Below are positions 46,498 through 55,876 of a stretch of DNA of 64,000 nucleotides, one piece after another. The notes beneath the pieces were generated by a model. The model saw nothing but the letters and a program-made list of their open reading frames with translations, did no database searches and was not told the origin of the DNA. Both the position numbers and the translations under genes were made by a program. Numbering within the stretch: the stretch's first letter is position 1; each line of letters begins with the position of its first letter. Location of the stretch: the IMG/VR virus record IMGVR_UViG_3300028394_000038; one strand, 5' to 3'. Source of the stretch: a virus.

Positions 46498-46670
46498 TAA
46501 CTATAGCAATCGGTGTATATGTTGCTGTAATGTTTTTAGTATTTCCAATGATAATGTCAAAAAAAGGTGATGTTATTAAGATTGACTGCACGTGGAGTGA
46601 GATAAGTCCAGACTTTAGTCCAGAAATAAAACAAGCGTGTCGTAAAGCTCGTATAGCAAATCCCACATGA
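46467..46670 (+). CDS. Small membrane-anchored protein
   Basis: TM, then C...EISPDF...C. Confidence 0.5.
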   Translation: MPHTVKRTILITIAIGVYVAVMFLVFPMIMSKKGDVIKIDCTWSEISPDFSPEIKQACRKARIANPT

Positions 46671-46969
46671 TAAAATTTAATCTCAGCTTACTAAATCCTT
46701 TCAAACACGAAAACTTTATTGGTTTATATAATTGGAGTGGTAAGATTACCAAAAATAAATCTTGGGAAGTAGAGTTATACTACTATGCCTACGAATGGTT
46801 TATTTTTAACATAGATCTATCTTGGATTGGTCGAGATCATGCTGGTCCAAATTTTGAAGTTGGTGTATTTGGCTACAATTTAAGTGGCAATATATACGAC
46901 AATAGACATTGGGATTATAAAAATAAATGTTGGGAAACACTTGACAACGACCTAAATAAAGTAGTATAA
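46667..46969 (+). CDS. Hypothetical protein
   Basis: ATGA-coupled, aromatic-rich. Confidence 0.55.
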   Translation: MIKFNLSLLNPFKHENFIGLYNWSGKITKNKSWEVELYYYAYEWFIFNIDLSWIGRDHAGPNFEVGVFGYNLSGNIYDNRHWDYKNKCWETLDNDLNKVV

Positions 46970-46970
46970 T
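46941..46970 (+). promoter_or_regulatory. sigma70 promoter TTGACA-N18-TATAAT with a TAAATA late motif in the spacer
   Basis: Upstream of folE. Confidence 0.65.
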
Positions 46971-47010
46971 AACACAAAGACATCCACGTCATTAACTCGG
47001 AGAATTAAAA

Positions 47011-47781
47011 TTGACAACATTTACAACAGAAGATTTACAAAATGTCATTGCTGGCGCAGAACAGCAGGGCGATGACGACAAAAACTATAAAGAAGCATAC
47101 TTAGGCGACTACCTTCGTTTTAAAATGAAACGTGAAGGAAAACGCTTTTGGGCTGGTGACAACATCAGCGAGTATGTTACTGAAGCTGACAAAGAACAGT
47201 TAATTAACGATGCCGCTGAAGCATTTGAAACTGTGTTAGATAGATTGCTAATTGATCGTGAAACAGATCCCAATAGCAAAGGTACAGCTAGACGATTAGC
47301 TAAAATGTATTTTAACGAAGTAATGGCAGGACGTTATGAACCAGCACCGGATGCAACAGCTTTTCCAAACGACAGTAAAGATAGGTATGAAGGCATGTTG
47401 GTGGTTAGGAGTGAGCTTCGTAGCATGTGTAGCCATCATCACCAGCCTGTTAGTGGTGTTGCCTACATCGGGATCATCGCCGCCCAAAAACTCATTGGAT
47501 TGTCCAAGTATACACGTATTGCCCAATGGTGTAGTCGTAGAGGAACCCTACAGGAAGAATTGTGTAATGACATAGCAAGAGAAATACAAAAGGCAACAGG
47601 ATCAGAAAACGTAGCAGTCTACGTTCAAGCAGTTCATGGGTGCTGTGAAAATCGCGGCATTATGGCACACTCTAGTCTAACACAGACTACAGTTTTAAAA
47701 GGTGCATTTAACACCGATGGCAACACAAAGAAAGAGTTTTTTGATAACATTAAACTTCAACAAGAATTTGCACCACGATGA
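47011..47781 (+). CDS. folE: GTP cyclohydrolase I
   Basis: SMCSHH, GLSK..R, LQE, HGCC..RG; TTG start after GGAG. Confidence 0.92.
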   Translation: MTTFTTEDLQNVIAGAEQQGDDDKNYKEAYLGDYLRFKMKREGKRFWAGDNISEYVTEADKEQLINDAAEAFETVLDRLLIDRETDPNSKGTARRLAKMYFNEVMAGRYEPAPDATAFPNDSKDRYEGMLVVRSELRSMCSHHHQPVSGVAYIGIIAAQKLIGLSKYTRIAQWCSRRGTLQEELCNDIAREIQKATGSENVAVYVQAVHGCCENRGIMAHSSLTQTTVLKGAFNTDGNTKKEFFDNIKLQQEFAPR

Positions 47782-48449
47782 CCTACTGTTTAATACCAAT
47801 GACTCTTCCCGAGATTAATAATCTTTTAGGGGCTAATTTTGTAAATACATTTCAAACTGAGATGGATTTGATTATTGCTCCTTTAAGAAAATATATTGCA
47901 AAAGGATATCCATTAGCACTAGGTAAAGAACAATGGGAGTATGTGGTTTCTGAATCTATTCCTAATGCAGAATGGTGTGGTGCAGGAAAAAGCATTATCG
48001 ATGTTAAGATTGGTAGCATAGGTATAGATGTCAAGGGCGTTAGTAAAGAAGAAACATCAACGTCGACTACCGAAGCTAGTATGTTCCAATCATTTAAAGA
48101 AGAAACAAAATTATATTTCAATAAAAAAGATACTGAAAGTATTTGGAATTTATTTGTCGATGGGTGGCTTTCCAAAGTTAAATCTGTAGATGAATATTAT
48201 CTTATTGGTATTGTTAGAGAAAAAGAAACGCTTAACTGCTCACTGTGTGCATTTAAGGTTGCTGACACTAATCTATTATACGAGGACGATCTTTGTAAGT
48301 TCACAAAAAAGTCTATGAAAGTATCAGGATTAGCAGATTCTGCATTTATTGAAACAAGAGTTTACAGTAGCAAAACTAGATTAGAAATTAAATTTAAAAG
48401 CAAAGTTTGGCAAGACCCTAACTATGCTTTACCAATTTACAAATTTTAA
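47778..48449 (+). CDS. Putative PD-(D/E)xK restriction-endonuclease-like protein
   Basis: E..WE...IIDV-x7-IDVK pattern; AT-rich. Confidence 0.45.
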   Translation: MTYCLIPMTLPEINNLLGANFVNTFQTEMDLIIAPLRKYIAKGYPLALGKEQWEYVVSESIPNAEWCGAGKSIIDVKIGSIGIDVKGVSKEETSTSTTEASMFQSFKEETKLYFNKKDTESIWNLFVDGWLSKVKSVDEYYLIGIVREKETLNCSLCAFKVADTNLLYEDDLCKFTKKSMKVSGLADSAFIETRVYSSKTRLEIKFKSKVWQDPNYALPIYKF

Positions 48450-48459
48450 GGAGACCCAA

Positions 48460-48651
48460 ATGTCACAACTAAGCAAACTAGCAAAAGTAAATGAAAATAT
48501 CAGCATCAATCGTTACGACAACGGTTGGATGGTTGAAATCGGTGGACGAGATAAAAAAGAAGATTGGAAAACTACCAAGACGCTTTGCAATTCAGAAGAA
48601 GAAGTACTTGCTCTAGTTAAAGAGTGGAATACATTACCTTTAGACGTTTAA
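48460..48651 (+). CDS. Hypothetical protein (start revised)
   Basis: AAGGAG SD. Confidence 0.65.
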   Translation: MSQLSKLAKVNENISINRYDNGWMVEIGGRDKKEDWKTTKTLCNSEEEVLALVKEWNTLPLDV

Positions 48652-48661
48652 GGAGAATATT

Positions 48662-49360
48662 ATGTTTGGATCAAACTATACAGAAAACGGTTTTATTAAC
48701 TATCGTTCTGCTGGAGAAATCAATCAAGCCATGGGTCGTGTTTACGGTTACATGGGTCTTGCCACATTGGTAAGTATGCTGGTCAGTTTCTTTGTGGGGA
48801 CCAATCCAGAGTTAGTGCAGTTTTTCTTTACAGGTGCAATGCATTGGGTGGTAATGTTTGCGCCGTTGATTGCAGTATTTGGAATTGGCTACGCACTTAA
48901 CAACGATCCGCCAAAAGAAACTGCTATACTATTATTAGCAGGCTTTGCGGCTATCATGGGCTTGAGCTTTGCTGTAATATTTGCGGTCTATACTATGAGC
49001 AGTATTTTTAGTGCCTTCATGGGTGCTAGTGTTCTGTTTGGAACAATGAGCTTCTACGGATACTTTACTAAAAAGAATTTAGATAGTTTAGGCAAGTTTA
49101 TGTTTGTTGGATTGATTGCCATCATTATTGCCAGCGTTATCAATATCTTTATTGGTAGTAGTGTAATGCAGATGGTCATTTCAGCATTAGCCATTGTGAT
49201 CTTCATGGGACTAACTGCTTACGACACCCAACAGATTCGTGAAATGGTTAGCGTTGATTCTAGCCCTGCCGTAGAAGTAATAGGTGCTCTAACTCTGTAC
49301 TTAGACTTTATCAATATCTTCTTGAGCTTGCTACAGTTGTTTGGCGATAAAAAGGATTAA
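48662..49360 (+). CDS. Bax inhibitor-1 / YccA family membrane protein
   Basis: 7 TM; AYDTQ; ALTLYLDFINIF. Confidence 0.9.
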   Translation: MFGSNYTENGFINYRSAGEINQAMGRVYGYMGLATLVSMLVSFFVGTNPELVQFFFTGAMHWVVMFAPLIAVFGIGYALNNDPPKETAILLLAGFAAIMGLSFAVIFAVYTMSSIFSAFMGASVLFGTMSFYGYFTKKNLDSLGKFMFVGLIAIIIASVINIFIGSSVMQMVISALAIVIFMGLTAYDTQQIREMVSVDSSPAVEVIGALTLYLDFINIFLSLLQLFGDKKD

Positions 49361-49362
49361 TA

Positions 49363-49860
49363 ATGTCAGTATATCTAATTAAACCACTTGAAAAGAAAAG
49401 CGTAGTTTACCACGTAGAAATGTTTCGTGAAAATGCGGACGGTTCTACTAGTTGGTTTAACTTAGACGAAACATGGCGATGGGGTCAAGGATTTATTGAA
49501 TCAGATATGGATTGTAACCTTCCGTATAAAGATAGTGACCTTGCCTACTGTGATCCTAATGCAGGATGGGGTGCTGAACTAGACGATAGCTGTGCTTGCT
49601 GGTTTGAATTTAGCGATGATATTACTGAAGAAGAACAGGAAGCTATCAAAGAAGCATACTATGAAGGCGGTGCGGCTTGGTTGTTTGACGGCGAACATGA
49701 TTGGCAAGAAGAGGATTCAGCTATTCATGTGTTAGCACCTTTCCAAGTTAGTCTTGTTGAAGATGACGGTACTATTATCGAAGAAAATGTAGTATTAAAG
49801 GATCGTCCAAATCCTAATACAAGTTGGCCGTTTAGTCCAGAATTTCCTAAGGAAGAATAA
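49363..49860 (+). CDS. Acidic hypothetical protein
   Basis: Asp/Glu/Trp-rich 165-aa ORF. Confidence 0.65.
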   Translation: MSVYLIKPLEKKSVVYHVEMFRENADGSTSWFNLDETWRWGQGFIESDMDCNLPYKDSDLAYCDPNAGWGAELDDSCACWFEFSDDITEEEQEAIKEAYYEGGAAWLFDGEHDWQEEDSAIHVLAPFQVSLVEDDGTIIEENVVLKDRPNPNTSWPFSPEFPKEE

Positions 49861-49861
49861 A

Positions 49862-50077
49862 ATGAATTCAGTAGATATGGCAAATAATCTTATTCATCGA
49901 GCAAAGAACTTACAAGAGTTTGTTGTTGAAACCGATGTTCCGGAAGATTTTAGATTTAATGGCGTAATACCATTTGACATGCAGATTAAAGATAGTATAA
50001 TAAGTGCTAAAGTAATAGCACTTGACTTTGATGAAGCTGTTACACAACTTGATAACTTTTTAGAAAGCTGTAAATGA
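49862..50077 (+). CDS. Hypothetical protein
   Basis: Operon context. Confidence 0.6.
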   Translation: MNSVDMANNLIHRAKNLQEFVVETDVPEDFRFNGVIPFDMQIKDSIISAKVIALDFDEAVTQLDNFLESCK

Positions 50078-50247
50078 ATCCGCAACACCTATATACAATA
50101 CGCTGGACACAACCCTATGCTACTTATCAGATGCGCCCGTATCTTCGCCAACTTCGTAATGACTATGAAGTTCAGATTGAAGATAAATTGGCTCGTGGTC
50201 AGTTCGATGATGCAAAAGCAGTCTTAGAAAGAATTATGAAATTATGA
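50074..50247 (+). CDS. Small hypothetical protein (57 aa, not in the ORF track)
   Basis: ATGA overlaps at both ends fill the gap exactly. Confidence 0.6.
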   Translation: MNPQHLYTIRWTQPYATYQMRPYLRQLRNDYEVQIEDKLARGQFDDAKAVLERIMKL

Positions 50248-50534
50248 ACTGGTTGAAACTCAAATTCCGAGATTGGATAAACAGCGCACAAGATATACAT
50301 GAAACATCTACACGATCAAGTCGATTAATTAGTAGTGCTGAAGAAAAGACTATTAATGATGATCCTGTATTAAATTTCAAAGTTTATTCAGCAGTAGGTG
50401 GTAAGGTTGTAGAGTTTAGACGTTATGATCGTAAAAGTGATCGCAATGATAGCACCACTTACATTATTACTAATGATCAAGACTTTGGCGATCGCATTGC
50501 AAAAATTGCAACTATGGAAAATTTAAAAGCATGA
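50244..50534 (+). CDS. Hypothetical protein
   Basis: Coupled ORF. Confidence 0.65.
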   Translation: MNWLKLKFRDWINSAQDIHETSTRSSRLISSAEEKTINDDPVLNFKVYSAVGGKVVEFRRYDRKSDRNDSTTYIITNDQDFGDRIAKIATMENLKA

Positions 50535-50872
50535 AGATAGAAATTCCAGCAGAAGGTATTATGAAAACAGGCGATTGGGGAGATAGTAAAGTCTACCGAA
50601 TCGCCTGTAATTGTCACGATGAATCCCACAATCACAATGTATGGATAGAAGCAGACGACCATGATATTGTTGTAAACATTTATACTACAGGCAAAACTAA
50701 CTGGTGGAGTAAAACACGATGGTATCATATTTGGACATTACTAACCAAAGGTTATATCGATACCGAATCTAGTGTGCATTTAACCAAACAACAAGCTCTT
50801 AACTATGCAAATGTGTTACAATTGGCAATTAGTGATGTAGAAGAATTTAGGAAGAACAATGTCAAAAATTAA
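50531..50872 (+). CDS. Hypothetical protein
   Basis: CxC...H motif; coupled ORF. Confidence 0.6.
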   Translation: MKIEIPAEGIMKTGDWGDSKVYRIACNCHDESHNHNVWIEADDHDIVVNIYTTGKTNWWSKTRWYHIWTLLTKGYIDTESSVHLTKQQALNYANVLQLAISDVEEFRKNNVKN

Positions 50873-51716
50873 AATTGCAGAATTATTTTATAGCGTACAA
50901 GGTGAAGGACGGTACATGGGTGTTCCGTCTGTGTTTCTACGCACATTTGGTTGTAACTTTAAGTGTGCTGGCTTTGGTATGCCACGTGGTGAAGAAAGCC
51001 ATGAAGCAACAGACCTTGCGGCTACACATACAATGATTAAAGCATTTGAAAAATATGAAGACTTGCCTTTGGTTAGTACAGGCTGTGATTCGTATGCTAG
51101 TTGGCATCCAGACTTTAAAGATCTAAGTCCAATGCTTGAAAGTAATGCTATTGTAAATCGAATTATGGAAATACTGCCGCACAAACGTTGGGAAGAAGAA
51201 CATCTTGTCATCACAGGTGGCGAACCTTTATTGGGTTGGCAACGTGCTTATCCAGAATTGTTAGAACACGCTAGTATGGGTAGACTTAAAGAAATTACAT
51301 TTGAAACAAATGGTACTCAGCCGTTAACTGATGAATTTAGATCATATTTGCACAACTGGCGTAAGGCAAATACAGATCGAGAGATTACCTTTAGTGTAAG
51401 TGCTAAACTTCCTTGTAGCGGAGAATCATGGGATGAAGCTATTCAACCACAGATTGTTTGCGAGTACGAATGGTTTGGTACTGCATATTTAAAGTTTGTT
51501 ATTGCTACAGAACAAGACTTTGCCGATGCTGAGTGTGCTATTGCGGCTTATCGTAAACAGGGATTTAAAGGGCATGTATACTTAATGCCAGTAGGCGGCG
51601 TTGAAAGTGTCTATGCAATGAACAATAAGAATGTAGCATTACTGGCAATGAAAAATGGTTTGCGTTATAGTGATCGTTTGCAAGTACCGTTATTTAAAAA
51701 TGAATGGGGAACCTAA
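50859..51716 (+). CDS. queE: 7-carboxy-7-deazaguanine synthase (radical SAM)
   Basis: ELFYSVQGEG, FLRTFGCNFKC...CDS, ITGGEP, ETNG. Confidence 0.9.
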   Translation: MSKIKIAELFYSVQGEGRYMGVPSVFLRTFGCNFKCAGFGMPRGEESHEATDLAATHTMIKAFEKYEDLPLVSTGCDSYASWHPDFKDLSPMLESNAIVNRIMEILPHKRWEEEHLVITGGEPLLGWQRAYPELLEHASMGRLKEITFETNGTQPLTDEFRSYLHNWRKANTDREITFSVSAKLPCSGESWDEAIQPQIVCEYEWFGTAYLKFVIATEQDFADAECAIAAYRKQGFKGHVYLMPVGGVESVYAMNNKNVALLAMKNGLRYSDRLQVPLFKNEWGT

Positions 51717-52168
51717 TGAATAAATGGATTGAAAAATTATTTGGCATTGATAAAATTAAAGCCAGAACAGAAGCCGCATTAAAACAAGCAGAAGAATCTA
51801 TTCAAGTAGCCAATAAAGCCGCAACTGCCGCTGAGGCCGCGCAAAAAGCAGAAGAACTAGCCAAATTAGATCCAAAGGCTCGTGCTACTGCCAAAGGTGA
51901 GCCATATGTAGCAGTACTTGATACTAAAGTAAATCCGGACAATGTACGTAATGGCTTTTTTGAGCTTGACTGGAATGACCTTTTTGTGTTACAATTGAAA
52001 CAAGCTGGATACGGATTTGACGGTGATGCCGACGAAGAGATTGTAGATCGTTGGTTTAGAGGATTATGCAAAGACGTGGCTAGCGAAGAAGGTATTGATA
52101 TGACTGACCGAGGTGCGGGTTATATTAATGTTCGTAAGTTAACCGAAGGTAAAAGCGAAGTTTCATGA
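51716..52168 (+). CDS. Hypothetical protein
   Basis: Coupled ORF; FFELDWN. Confidence 0.65.
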   Translation: MNKWIEKLFGIDKIKARTEAALKQAEESIQVANKAATAAEAAQKAEELAKLDPKARATAKGEPYVAVLDTKVNPDNVRNGFFELDWNDLFVLQLKQAGYGFDGDADEEIVDRWFRGLCKDVASEEGIDMTDRGAGYINVRKLTEGKSEVS

Positions 52169-53172
52169 CATATATTTTAGTAGATACTGCTAACACATTC
52201 TTCCGTGCCCGTCACGTCATTAAAGGTGACGCTGATATTAAGTTGGGCATGGCATTCCATATTACACTTAACAGTATCCGCAAGGCTTGGCAAGACTTTG
52301 GAGGCACACATGTAGTCTTCTGTCTCGAAGGTAGATCATGGCGCAAAGACTATTACACTCCTTACAAGGCGCAACGTGCGGCGGCTCGTGCGGCAAAGAC
52401 TGTAAAAGAGCAAGAAGAAGAAACCCTGTTCTGGGAATCATTTGATGCATTTAAAGATTTCGTTACAGAAAAGACTAACTGTACAGTATTACAGAATCAG
52501 CAGTTAGAAGCAGATGATTTGATTGCAGGTTTTATTCAAAGTCATCCCAATGACGATCACGTGATTATTTCGACAGATACAGATTTCGTGCAACTCATTG
52601 CTCCGAATGTTAAGCAGTATAACGGAGTAATGGAACATACTATTACACACGAAGGTATCTTTGATAAAAAGGGCAAGCGTGTTATTGATAATAAAACTAA
52701 AGAAGCTAAAGTAGTTCCAGACCCACAATGGCTGTTATTTGAAAAATGTATTCGCGGTGATACTAGCGATAACGTGTTTAGTGCATATCCTAAGGTACGT
52801 AAGAATAAACTAGAAGAAGCATTTAAGGATAGAGCTAATAAAGGATTCGCGTGGAACAATCTCATGTTGCAACGTTGGGTTGACCATAATGGTGCCGAAC
52901 ATCGTGTGCTAGAAGATTATGAACGCAATCGTAAGTTAATTGATCTTACACAACAACCTGCAGATATTCGCAATATTATAACAGAAACTATCATTGGTGG
53001 CATTAAGCCAAAGGAAGTTACACAAGTTGGAATTAGACTATTAAAGTTTGCACAACTTTATGATTTACAAAAAATCTCCGATCAAGCATCTAGTTATGCT
53101 GATCCTTTAAACGCTAAGTATCCTGCGGCTAGCTATACTTGGCAAGTTCTAAATAAGAAGGAAGTACAATGA
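52165..53172 (+). CDS. 5'-3' exonuclease / T4 RNase H-like
   Basis: LVD..N, WRK..Y..YK..R, EADD, STDTD, GD.SDN. Confidence 0.88.
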   Translation: MTYILVDTANTFFRARHVIKGDADIKLGMAFHITLNSIRKAWQDFGGTHVVFCLEGRSWRKDYYTPYKAQRAAARAAKTVKEQEEETLFWESFDAFKDFVTEKTNCTVLQNQQLEADDLIAGFIQSHPNDDHVIISTDTDFVQLIAPNVKQYNGVMEHTITHEGIFDKKGKRVIDNKTKEAKVVPDPQWLLFEKCIRGDTSDNVFSAYPKVRKNKLEEAFKDRANKGFAWNNLMLQRWVDHNGAEHRVLEDYERNRKLIDLTQQPADIRNIITETIIGGIKPKEVTQVGIRLLKFAQLYDLQKISDQASSYADPLNAKYPAASYTWQVLNKKEVQ

Positions 53173-53645
53173 CCGAAATCCATGCAAAGCCTGTAGTAGA
53201 CGGAAAATTTTGGATTGTTGAACAAGACGAAAATAAAGTAGGTGTTCTAAAACTTACTGAACAGAAAAAATTTGTCTTTAGTTCAAAAGATACTATTACA
53301 GTATTTGATAATAAGAAAAAATTATTTGAAGCGTTTGGATCAAATTTCTTTGTAGCTAAAAAGAAAAACGAAGAAGTTGAATCATTAGATAGAGAAGTAC
53401 ACGGATATCCAACTAGCGGCGCACCATATAATCCCATGTATGATGTAAAGAAACACTTACCACTTTTTACTAAAAGTAATAAATCAAAATCGGTTTATTG
53501 TGCAGGCTACTATATTATTAAATTTGATAAAGGTTGGGTAAAGAGTTTTTGTCCTAAACTTATTACTGTTGAACGCTATCAATATGAAGGTCCATTTAAA
53601 ACTGAAATGGAAATGAAACATAGGTTAAACAATGCAAACAGATAA
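53169..53645 (+). CDS. Hypothetical protein
   Basis: Coupled ORF. Confidence 0.7.
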   Translation: MTEIHAKPVVDGKFWIVEQDENKVGVLKLTEQKKFVFSSKDTITVFDNKKKLFEAFGSNFFVAKKKNEEVESLDREVHGYPTSGAPYNPMYDVKKHLPLFTKSNKSKSVYCAGYYIIKFDKGWVKSFCPKLITVERYQYEGPFKTEMEMKHRLNNANR

Positions 53646-53874
53646 GATTAATACAACTGTATTGACACAGTTTATGAATCAAATTAAGGCCGCTGATACT
53701 AGTAATCAGCGAGAAATTAGATTAGACATTGCTACTGCTAAAAACATACATCACACACTAGCATTAGTAATGACTAGATTAGCAGGCAACTATGAAGGTT
53801 TAATGCAGTCGCAGGCTAAGGAAGAACCAGTAATCACTGTTCAAATGGACGGTGGAGTATGGACGGAAAAGTAA
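53632..53874 (+). CDS. Hypothetical protein
   Basis: Coupled ORF. Confidence 0.6.
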   Translation: MQTDKINTTVLTQFMNQIKAADTSNQREIRLDIATAKNIHHTLALVMTRLAGNYEGLMQSQAKEEPVITVQMDGGVWTEK

Positions 53875-53884
53875 TGTAAATGCG

Positions 53885-53891
53885 ATAAATA
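53885..53891 (+). promoter_or_regulatory. T4-late-like ATAAATA
   Basis: Intergenic motif. Confidence 0.55.
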
Positions 53892-53919
53892 TATACGTAG
53901 TTATCTGGAGATAGTATAT

Positions 53920-54204
53920 ATGAGTCGACCTAAACCAAATGTAGTACTTGAAAGCGTTAATAAAAAAACGTATAAGAGTGATCAAATCCTAGAAGCGGAA
54001 GCTATTTGGGCTGTTTTCTATCTAGGAAAACCTTTCAACTTAAAAAGTCAAAACAGCCTAAGTGGTTATCCAGGTAGCAAGTATAAGAAAGTCAGTTTTT
54101 CAAATCCTGGCCACGCACATAATCTTGCTAAAAAATTAAACACTTTATTCAATAGCAAAGACTTTGCTGTTTATAAACTAACAACTGGTGAAGAAATAAA
54201 GTGA
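53920..54204 (+). CDS. Hypothetical basic protein
   Basis: GGAG SD. Confidence 0.7.
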   Translation: MSRPKPNVVLESVNKKTYKSDQILEAEAIWAVFYLGKPFNLKSQNSLSGYPGSKYKKVSFSNPGHAHNLAKKLNTLFNSKDFAVYKLTTGEEIK

Positions 54205-54596
54205 ACAGAAAAACCTACACTAAAATATTCTTAAAATCAGCAGGCGTTGCTGTTACAGAAGAAAATATTAGTGTCAGTATGCGAGTGTGGTGGCAAAACA
54301 ACAGAACCAAAAGCGAAGGTGGTCTGCGTCTAACCGAAAAAGGTTTGGATTTTTTAAGAACTACTTTGGATTTGGCTGTTTACGAAGTTCCGTTTCCAAC
54401 CGGATTCGATTTAAAACCACAAGTGATTATATTTTTGGATAGATTTATAGACTGTCCATATTTCTTAACAGATCGCTCAATAACTGTACTTTCGGAAAGA
54501 AAGTGTTTTGAGTTATACCTTTTTAACGGTGATGTCCAAAAATACGGAATTACCAAAGCCATGCGTAGCAAAAAAGCCACAGAAGAAAATAATTAA
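54201..54596 (+). CDS. Hypothetical protein
   Basis: GTGA-coupled. Confidence 0.65.
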   Translation: MNRKTYTKIFLKSAGVAVTEENISVSMRVWWQNNRTKSEGGLRLTEKGLDFLRTTLDLAVYEVPFPTGFDLKPQVIIFLDRFIDCPYFLTDRSITVLSERKCFELYLFNGDVQKYGITKAMRSKKATEENN

Positions 54597-54604
54597 AAAA
54601 GTTC

Positions 54605-54633
54605 TTGACTTTTCTAGCGTTCTGCGTTATAAT
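54605..54633 (+). promoter_or_regulatory. sigma70-like promoter TTGACT-N17-TATAAT
   Basis: Consensus match with an upstream A tract. Confidence 0.75.
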
Positions 54634-54685
54634 ACTAATACTGCGAAACAAAAGCAGAACTATTTTTTAACAGACAGGAGCTAGT

Positions 54686-55780
54686 ATGGCAAAAGCAGAA
54701 GTTATCAATCGTCAAGTGAGCCCGAACGGTGCAAAGAACGCTATTCGTAAGGCATTTAAGAAACAGCGTCCATTGTTCCTCTGGGGTCCCCCGGGCATTG
54801 GTAAGTCTGATGTCATTCATCAGTTAGGCGCAGAAATGGATGCTCATGTTATTGACATTCGTTTGAGTCTTTGGGAACCTACCGATATTAAAGGTATTCC
54901 TTACTTTGACAGCAACTCAGGTACTATGGTTTGGGGTAGCCCAAGCGAACTGCCTACAAAAGAGTTTGCTTCTAAATTCCCCCACGTTATTTTGTTCCTA
55001 GACGAAATGAACTCTGCGGCTCCTAGTGTACAAGCGGCGGCTTATCAGTTGATTTTGAATCGTCGTGTTGGACAATATCATTTGCCAGATAACGTTCTTA
55101 TTGTTGCGGCTGGTAACCGTGAAGCAGATAAGGGTGTTACTTACCGTATGCCTGCTCCGTTGGCTAACCGTTTTGTTCACTTGGAAATGCGTGTAGATTT
55201 TGATGACTGGTCACAATGGGCTACTGTAAACAAAGTACATCCAGATGTGGTTGGTTACTGCACCTTTGCTAAGAAAGACCTGTACGACTTTGATCCAAAG
55301 TCTAGCTCACGTGCCTTTGCTACTCCACGTAGCTGGTCCTTTGTTAGCGAGTTGTTGGAAGATGATGACACTAGCAACGACACATTGACTGATTTGATTG
55401 CGGGTGCAGTTGGAGAAGGATTGGCTATTAAGTTTATGGCTCACCGTAAGATCAGCTCTAAACTGCCTAAACCAGAAGACATCCTTACAGGCAAGGTTAA
55501 GAAAATGGAAACTAAAGAAATTAGTGCCATGTATTCTTTAACTGTATCATTGTGCTATGAGCTCAAAGATGCGGCTGACAAGAATGATAAGAAGTTTAAC
55601 GACAAGGTTAACTACTTCTTCCAATTTATGATGGATAATTTTGAAACAGAATTGGTTGTTATGGGTACCAAACTTGCATTGACACAATATCAATTGCCGT
55701 TGGATCCAGACGAGATTGCATGTTTTGATGACTTCCATACTAAGTTTGGCAAGTATATTGCGGCTGCTCAAACCAAATAA
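54686..55780 (+). CDS. MoxR/dynein-related AAA+ ATPase
   Basis: GPPGIGKS, LFLDE, AAGN, PLANRF, TPRSW. Confidence 0.88.
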   Translation: MAKAEVINRQVSPNGAKNAIRKAFKKQRPLFLWGPPGIGKSDVIHQLGAEMDAHVIDIRLSLWEPTDIKGIPYFDSNSGTMVWGSPSELPTKEFASKFPHVILFLDEMNSAAPSVQAAAYQLILNRRVGQYHLPDNVLIVAAGNREADKGVTYRMPAPLANRFVHLEMRVDFDDWSQWATVNKVHPDVVGYCTFAKKDLYDFDPKSSSRAFATPRSWSFVSELLEDDDTSNDTLTDLIAGAVGEGLAIKFMAHRKISSKLPKPEDILTGKVKKMETKEISAMYSLTVSLCYELKDAADKNDKKFNDKVNYFFQFMMDNFETELVVMGTKLALTQYQLPLDPDEIACFDDFHTKFGKYIAAAQTK

Positions 55781-55787
55781 GCAGAAA

Positions 55788-55815
55788 ATAAAAGGTGTAG
55801 AAATACACCTTTTAT
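55788..55815 (+). terminator. Hairpin / terminator
   Basis: ATAAAAGGTGTA-gaaa-TACACCTTTTAT. Confidence 0.7.
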
Positions 55816-55816
55816 C

Positions 55817-55845
55817 TTGACTTTTATACAGAATGACTGTATAAT
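55817..55845 (+). promoter_or_regulatory. sigma70-like promoter TTGACT-N17-TATAAT
   Basis: Directly after the hairpin; the -10 overlaps the IR ACTGTATA-N7-TATACAGT. Confidence 0.75.
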
Positions 55846-55876
55846 ACATATATACAGTAAACATTTAGGAGCAAAA

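Noticed and set aside
50859-51716. QueE inactivation because the CxxxCxxC motif is broken
   Set aside because: The third Cys appears after an insertion (CNFKC...GCDS) and all other QueE motifs are intact
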